Both the position numbers and the translations under genes were made by a program. A DNA stretch of 64,000 nt from contig MCFE01000176.1 of the NCBI GenBank assembly GCA_002104905.1, positions 62,001 through 126,000 of the forward strand, read 5' to 3'. The DNA is from Basidiobolus meristosporus CBS 931.73 (Eukaryota; Fungi; Basidiobolomycota). The notes beneath the pieces are model-generated. The model did no database searches and was not told the origin of the DNA. It was given only the letters and a program-made list of their open reading frames with translations. Positions 57,246 through 64,000 of this stretch are shown one piece after another. Position 1 is the first letter of the stretch; each line of letters starts with the position of its first letter.

Positions 57246-60017
57246 CTAGCCGGCAATTTCCAAGGCAACGTTGATGCACATGCATGTCAGATAGATGGCC
57301 ACCAGACAATATCCATACTGTCGTGTGAAGTGGTAGCCATTGCGAGGCAGATACAGCAGCGCTGTCAGTAGCGTCGCCAGTAGACCGCATCCGCAGACAA
57401 ACACGGTGATGGATGGGTTGATGGGGTAGTCTTCGCCGGTGCTTGCAATGATGTAGGTGGCAGAGGCCCCGATTCCAATCAGAATATCTGGCAATTGATC
57501 AGTTGTCGTTTCGCGAGAAAATCATCCCCAAATCACAACTTACTCAACATTGGACCGCCGTAACAGGCACTAACCGCCATCATCGGAAAGCCCATCTTGG
57601 CCATCGTGACGTTTGCTACAAAATCTCCCAGACTGTTTCCCTGTGTCGTGCGTGTTAGTGGGCAGTGAGTATGGTGGGGTAAGTGGATCGACAGTTGTTA
57701 TTACCATGGCGAAGATCGTCAACCCGATAATGCTCTCGCTTAAACCAAGGATAAGTCCAAGGGCCTAAATGAGGATAAGTCAGCGAGGCTCGGAATTATG
57801 GACGCTACGTCTTATGTTACCTGGAGGAGGCCAACCACTTCGTTGGCAATCAAGTAAATCCACGCTAGCGCCGAGAGAAATCCCACATAGGACACCAGGT
57901 GATAGTGGGTGGGAATCTCGTAGGATTTGGTTAGTAGAAAGCAGCATCCGGCGAATACAGACCCGACAATAGGAGGGATCCACGCGAATCTAAAAGCTGG
58001 TGTGTCATCTGCCGCTTGATTAGCATCGGTGCAAGTTCAATTGTGGATGGAAATCTTACTGAAGAACACCACGAAAATAAACGTAGGACCGTGAAGAACT
58101 GAAGCACGGTCAACCACTTGACCCATGTATTGGTTTTGATCTCTTCCAAGTAAACGCTCTCGTTAATTGTCTCACCGTCCTCAGTGACTGGCGAGACATC
58201 AACCTCTGTCTGGTAAACCTCCTCGGCAACCGGCACGGTGCATTTCAGCAAAAACTGGATCGGCAGTGTGATCAGACCGGCAGCCTGTCCAAATCCTGAT
58301 TTCTGTTTCCATTGTTGGATGCCAGGGAACAAAACGCGGGTAACATTCTTGGCTGACTGGACCACCTTGGAGTTGGTGTATGTTATGGTAGGAGATAGTA
58401 GAGGAGTGGACGTAGAAGATTCGGTTGGGGAAACTATCAACGCCTGCACATCCGAGGGTTGATAAAGGTCCGGGTCTCCGAATGACACTCTTCGCACTCT
58501 AGTCTCTCCTGAGTTGGGGCTAGGTAACGGCGAAAGAGGAAGTGGTGAATTGGTGACGGTGGTTGTGTCGGCCCCATCGGTATCGGAAGTAATGATGATG
58601 GAGAGCCCGTGGCTAGGCACCACCGGAGCTTCCTCCCCGCTGTGCGAGCGTGTCTGGGGGTTTGAGGTTGATCTTCGCGAGAAGACAGAGTTGGTACGCG
58701 TCAGCGAGAAGCTAGATGAGCTATTATAGGGATGAAGGTTTTGTACGACATCACGAAACTAGTAACAAAGTTAGTTTCATCGCATTAAAGCCAAACTCAG
58801 ACTGGTTGAACTTACTTCAATGGCGCTTAATAACGATTTGCGCCGTCTTATGGGTGGAGCTGACTGTCCAAGGAATGGAATGTTGTGATCTTCATCTTGC
58901 TCGTCAGCTAGGAGTGGTTCCTCTTCATGGCTTCCTGAGGATCTGCCAACAGGGCCTGTTGGTAATGGTTAGGATTTGCGTCTACTTTGCAGTGCTGTGC
59001 TTCAAATACCTTCATTGTTATTCTCTAGTAAAAAGAATGGCTCATCGTCCCACTGAGCATATTCGGCACGCGCTTGCTGAACCAATGTCTTGTGCTGTTC
59101 TCCCCGTACCTCTACCCAATTCTTCCACACAACCACTGAGACATACACAGCGTAGTAGATGATCAGCCCTACACTTTCGAACAGGGTGACTTTTCCATCC
59201 CACAAACACGCCAATATAGCGATGATTGCTCCGGTGAAGAAAAGGATATCGCGTAGAAATGCGGACGAAGAGACTCGGAACGGCTTCACAATTGCCATAC
59301 TACCGACCACCACCGACGATATAAAAGCTGCTGCTCCAATGAGTTCGCCAAAAGCCAGACCACTGCTATTCGCCTTCAATGCGCTAAACGTGGTGAATAC
59401 ATCAGGCGCTCCGTTACCAAAAGCTAGAAAGGTGACTCCCGCCTCGAATGGAAAGGGATTTCAGCATACAGCTGGGGGAAAATCTAGCATGAAATCATAA
59501 TTACCAGGTTCTCAGACAGGTTCAAGGTGGTGGCTATAGAGCTTAGATTCGGGCCTGTCATACAGGGAAGATGAGTGACATGCTTCCGATGCGATAACAA
59601 CAGTATACACACAGAAATAATCGGAGGCAGCAGTCCCAACAAAAGCGAACAAAAACAGTAACCAAGTTGCCTAAAAATGTGTTCAGTTGCTCTGGTTCTT
59701 GTTGAAGTGTCGCACAAGTCTTACCAAGAGGAAAAACGCAGCAAAGCCGAACGCTGGTTTAAAGCCACAGTAATAGAAATCCAAATAATTTAAAAGACTA
59801 GATTGTAAATCGGCACAGTTTTCTCGTACAAATGCGCAGCGATCCGCATGTTCGTAGATTTTCTCACACTGGCAACGGTGAAGTATGAGAAAAAGGTCAC
59901 AAGTGATCCAAGTTGAGCAAGTATTACCTCCTGGGTCTCTTCCAGAGCCTCGCAGGATATGAAAGGAACCATCGAAAAACATATTAGTATTAAAAATAAG
60001 GTAAACCGCCGGCTCAT
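57246..60017 (-). CDS. Cation/Ca2+ exchanger, CCX/NCKX6 (NCLX)-like; multi-exon
   Basis: alpha-1 repeat AGVTFLAFGNGAPDVF; GELIGAAAFISSVVVG; N-terminal RCAFVRENC..LNYLDFYYC; internal exon boundaries only partly resolved. Confidence 0.85.
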
Positions 60018-60530
60018 TTCAGTAAAGTTTGGTCAAGCGTAAAGTCGTCTACACTCTAATTTGTGACGACAAGTATTCACCAAATAGGTCAGTTGATAAG
60101 CAAGAATGCCAGAATGCCAAATTTTCTGATTAAGACGCCATGTAGCTAAAACAGTATGCAATCTGCACCTTATGCAACTTTGTGACTTGCTGGTGAGTCA
60201 TCGCCATGTTGATGTCGAGTTAAGCCTTTCCCTAATTGGTTAAAGAGCGTTTACTACCACCAAAATCAATTTAATGAACAGTTCATGAATGCATGGGATG
60301 AACGAGGCTAGTTTGGTGAGCATTTTATCGATGATGGTTTGAGGTTCGATGGTTCAATGGTTCGATGGTTTGATGTATATAAACGTCAATTTCGGAAATT
60401 CTCTTGCTTGGGTCTAAAATACGGGCTTAAATACATGTACACTAAGGTATTGGTTTGGGCCTGGTGGAGTTTGCCTAGCTAAGATCGAGATGATTGAGGG
60501 TGAAAAAGGTTCATAAATATACAAATGGTT

Positions 60531-62935
60531 CTACCATTCGTCAACTTCGCCATCCCCATCAGACCAGTATTCATCTCCAGAGATATGGGAAACCAGCGGG
60601 TTGTCGTCGTAGTCTTCCTCATAATCATCCTGGATGTCCTGGGCCTTTTGCAGAGCGTTTGGTAAGGGCAGCGTCTCCTCCTCAACGATCTCTCTTATCA
60701 CATCCTCCTTCGACTCTTCCTTGGAAAACTCCTCAACGACATGCGGCTGCGATAGTTTCTCTGCCTTGATCACCATTTCCTTATTGTCCGCGCTTCCGTT
60801 GTCTTCGAAGAGAGACTCTAAAACGGCATAATTAATCTTCTTAGATACCTTCTTGGTATTAAGCATTTGCTTGGCAGCTTCGACGACCGTTTGAGCTGGT
60901 GTGGTAGGCTTGGTGGACTTCTTCCTCCGCTGGTGAATAGAATGGCACTCTCAGTATGCATCATCATGTTGAACACAAGGGAAGATCACTCACCTTTCGG
61001 TGGGTTTTGGTATTGATGCCAAGTTGTTGATTAAGTTCCTCTCGTTTGCGCTTGGCTAAGCAATCCACAATCATGTTAGGCTTTATCATACATCTTCAAT
61101 CCCTGCGTTGGATATCACCTTCTAATTGCTCCAAGTATTCCTTGTTGTTCTCGGTCCAGACCTCAGTTTTTACCTTTACTTCCTCGTCATCCAGGATAAC
61201 GTTCCGAATTTCATCGTCATCTATATCCGACCAATTCTCCACTTCTTCATCAATATCCTTAACTTTTGGATAGAGGCGGTTAGTATTGCGGAAGATGGAA
61301 AGCAGTGAAGTCGATATGATGTTTACCATTCATATCTTTGGCGAGCCCCAGGAGTTGCTCGCCGTGAAGATACTCATTCATTTCAGCTGCAAGATTCTCT
61401 TCCTCGTTTTCCTCGGTCTCCGATGAGTCTTGAGAGGCCTTCTCCTCCTTAGTCTGTGTACTTTGACTCTCAATCTTCAGCTTCTGCTCTTTTTCCTTCT
61501 CAGTCTCTTCATCCTCATCCGTAACATCTTTATGCTTTTTACGCGCTCGTTTGAATGCTGGTGGATCGCAGGCTTCCTCTAGCCATAGATTTTGGAAATC
61601 AGAAACACTGAGGTTTCCAGAGGGCGTTTCTTTAAACTCGTCCAGTCTGAGGAATTCAGCTTTAGATGATTCGTCCTTTGGATAGCCTCCGTATGCATCA
61701 AAACCTACCGTTTTCTGAGGGTAATCTCAGCGATTTTCACGACCTGAATGATTTCACGCTGAGTTCTACGGAAGTTGTGCATTCTGGCAGCGATTAGTAA
61801 ACCTGTGTGAGCAACGCATCATTAATTTCTTGCGTTTCATGAAGCTTCGTATACAATCAAACATTTGATCACTTACAGGCTCCACAGATTCCGGCTGGTC
61901 TACGTCCTGTTTGAATCCAATCTCTGTCCATTCTTTGAACCAATCGCATAGCATCGGCAGCTACCGCATGGGTCTTGTCTCCAAACTCAAGCATAGCAGC
62001 AAAACGAGAAATATACAAACTCGGATCGACTAAGGGCAGGTTGAGGTGCAGTTCCCTCACCAACTTTAAGAAAGTACTTCCCAGAGTAAAGACATTAGTC
62101 TATCCAGATTCAAAAAGAATATATCAATACACGAACAAGGATGAAGCGGATGATTTGATCGAAATATACCTGAAGAATATCCGAAAAGTCAATCAACATA
62201 TGGCTGGTTTTCTCCATACGACAGACCACATAAAGACAAGCCGCCACTACGTTCTGAGTTTTTCTGCCTTGCAAGAAGTTGTTGGCAATGGCAAGGTTAA
62301 AATATCTTTGGGCGGCTTCCATAAATCTTTCCGACAGTCGAAGAGCAGTCGCGATGCTTTGGATTCTTTGACGACCTGAATTGCATAAAAGTCTTCTATT
62401 AGTTTACGCGCTGCTTAAAGGCAATTTTGATATACTCCTGACCTTCAGCGATCGTTTTCTCTCGAGATTCTAGCGCATTCTGCCGACGATACGAGCCAAT
62501 CGCAGCTCTACCTATTTCCAAGCAAATAAACACAAGTTAGCCCTCGAGAATTCCCTTTGAGGGACGAGAGAATGGCAAATGGGTAGATCATATATCGAGC
62601 AAAAAACAAACCTTTATCTGCGGCAACGTATGATCCTTGTAACACTGCAGCTCCGCTAGCTGATTCACCAAAAGTAACTTCAGAAACGATAGTATTTTCT
62701 TCAATAACCTAGTTCGTGTCAGAAGCCATTAGCGTCGTGTTTCGAGAAATTTTGATAGAAAAAAGAAAGAATCAGGTGGGATCCTGGAAACTGGGGGAAT
62801 ACCCCTTACTAGAAGCATGAAAATAAAACACGACAAGTCCTAAACAACACTTACAGTACCGCAGTTGGTACACACGGAGTTACCCTGCGTTGAATCAAAT
62901 TCAATGATGGACTCTCCACATTGCCGACAAGACAT
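60531..62935 (-). CDS. BRF1: TFIIIB subunit Brf1; multi-exon
   Basis: Zn ribbon [54 protein letters not shown]. Confidence 0.93.
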
Positions 62936-63407
62936 TCCGAAAGTAAGATATATCTATTAACGTCTAGAAAATTGTACAATAATTCCGTGGTGTTCTATTT
63001 TGGGGGAGATATGTGGTCAAGTAAAGTATCGATCCAACAAGCACTTGTGTTTATTTTTCTTTGAGGGTTTAACTTTCAAAGAGAACTGGACCTGGTTGGT
63101 TCAATTGGGGCCTATTTCCTTTCGTGGAGCAATTTTTAGTGAACCTTTTTTTTCCGTGTTGTATTTGGTTATCTTAAATCGCTTGGAAATGGGTGTGCTG
63201 GATATATGCTTGAATGCTGACTGCTTAAATATATGCATTTTACATAACTCTGCTCTTAATCTTATATTGGGCTCTAGTCATGACTTAAAATCACCACATA
63301 ATAGCCTAGATTCAATCCATGCTAACAGCTATTGGTATGGTAGCTTCCATAAAGATTGGTGAAATGTTGAATTTTGCTATTAGCAACAGACGAGTGGTCA
63401 AGTTTTG

Positions 63408-64000
63408 ATGAAACCCCCAATGGAACATATTGTATCTTCATTATCAAACTCACTACTGAAATATGGACTAGATATTGTTCTTCCTTTCTCCGTAGCTAAA
63501 TACAACGCTCTTGCTATTGAACACAATTTCCAACCGCTACCACTTCCATCGAAGAACAACTCGTTGGCGATACTGATTGGTAACACGAAGTATCTTTGGC
63601 CGCATTTCCTACACCATTTGAGTGAAAAGCCGGAGAGCTTTTGGGAAAAAGAAAAAAATCCTCTTGACAGCTATGTTGTTACTTCAGTCGAGAATGCAGT
63701 TAGACAGTCGTTACCGGGGAAACCAACGGAAACAAGGTTTTCTCACGTTTTTTCGGGGGAGAACTTTATTGCCATTCAACATGCTGGTCAATTGGCAGGA
63801 TTGCAGTACGATCGCAGCCTGGGATTTTGTCTTCATCCTACGTATGGTCCTTGGATAGGTCTACGCGCCGTCGTGATTGTAGGAGATGCCGAAGGCTACG
63901 AATGGGATTCCATTAGCACCAACCAGGAATCTTTGATTCCACTAGAAACACTGAGCAAGCTAAAGCAAGAGATGGACCACCTTAGGGCTCAATACAAGCA
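63408..64000 (+). CDS. MMACHC: MMACHC/CblC cobalamin-processing protein homologue (runs off window end; missing from ORF track)
   Basis: Own translation: YGLDIVLPFSVAKYN..LAILIGNTKYLW..NPLDSYV..IQHAGQLAG..CLHPTYGPWIGLRAV, matching CblC motifs. Confidence 0.8.
   Translation, partial: MKPPMEHIVSSLSNSLLKYGLDIVLPFSVAKYNALAIEHNFQPLPLPSKNNSLAILIGNTKYLWPHFLHHLSEKPESFWEKEKNPLDSYVVTSVENAVRQSLPGKPTETRFSHVFSGENFIAIQHAGQLAGLQYDRSLGFCLHPTYGPWIGLRAVVIVGDAEGYEWDSISTNQESLIPLETLSKLKQEMDHLRAQYK

Noticed and set aside
60335-60375. (TCGATGGT)-like short repeat
   Set aside because: Ordinary degenerate microsatellite of 4-5 units
39100-62400. Numerous 60-200 aa ORFs antisense or out of frame to identified genes (e.g. 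43540-44154, 48303-48878, 56574-57053)
   Set aside because: Shadow ORFs expected from GC-rich codon usage; no motifs
1-64000. rRNA, tRNA or telomeric repeats; species assignment
   Set aside because: None recognised by eye (tRNAscan/Infernal not run); sequence supports only a non-Dikarya fungus inference

Overview
Fungal genomic DNA: short spliceosomal introns and an MMACHC homologue point to a non-Dikarya fungus (inference; species not determinable). The window has two sharply separated compartments. (1) 1-~38.8 kb is a gene-free, strongly CpG-depleted block of decayed, nested transposons: Ty3/gypsy, Ty1/copia, CACTA-like transposase remnants, many solo LTRs with intact TSDs, and ~730-bp foldback elements with 3-bp AWT TSDs. 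No intact element is present. (2) ~39-64 kb is CpG-rich and gene-dense, with 14 genes: a GPI-type Cys-rich surface protein, a CREG-like protein, eIF1AD, Dss1-like RNase II, Met10 with an extra CysG-like N-terminal domain, a DUF4203-like membrane protein, a BED/hAT-derived protein, a SOD-fold mitoribosomal protein, SmB, a Rho GTPase, RPL11, a CCX-type exchanger, BRF1, and a 3'-incomplete MMACHC that is absent from the ORF track. The best candidate for a new system is the first gene pair after the heterochromatin-like block. A CFEM-like GPI protein and a secreted CREG/HugZ-fold protein have promoters carrying together seven ATCWGATAR boxes (the SreA/Fep1 iron-repressor motif), suggesting an undescribed iron-regulated heme-acquisition module. 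All alignments and counts were done by eye, and boundaries without a stated TSD are approximate.
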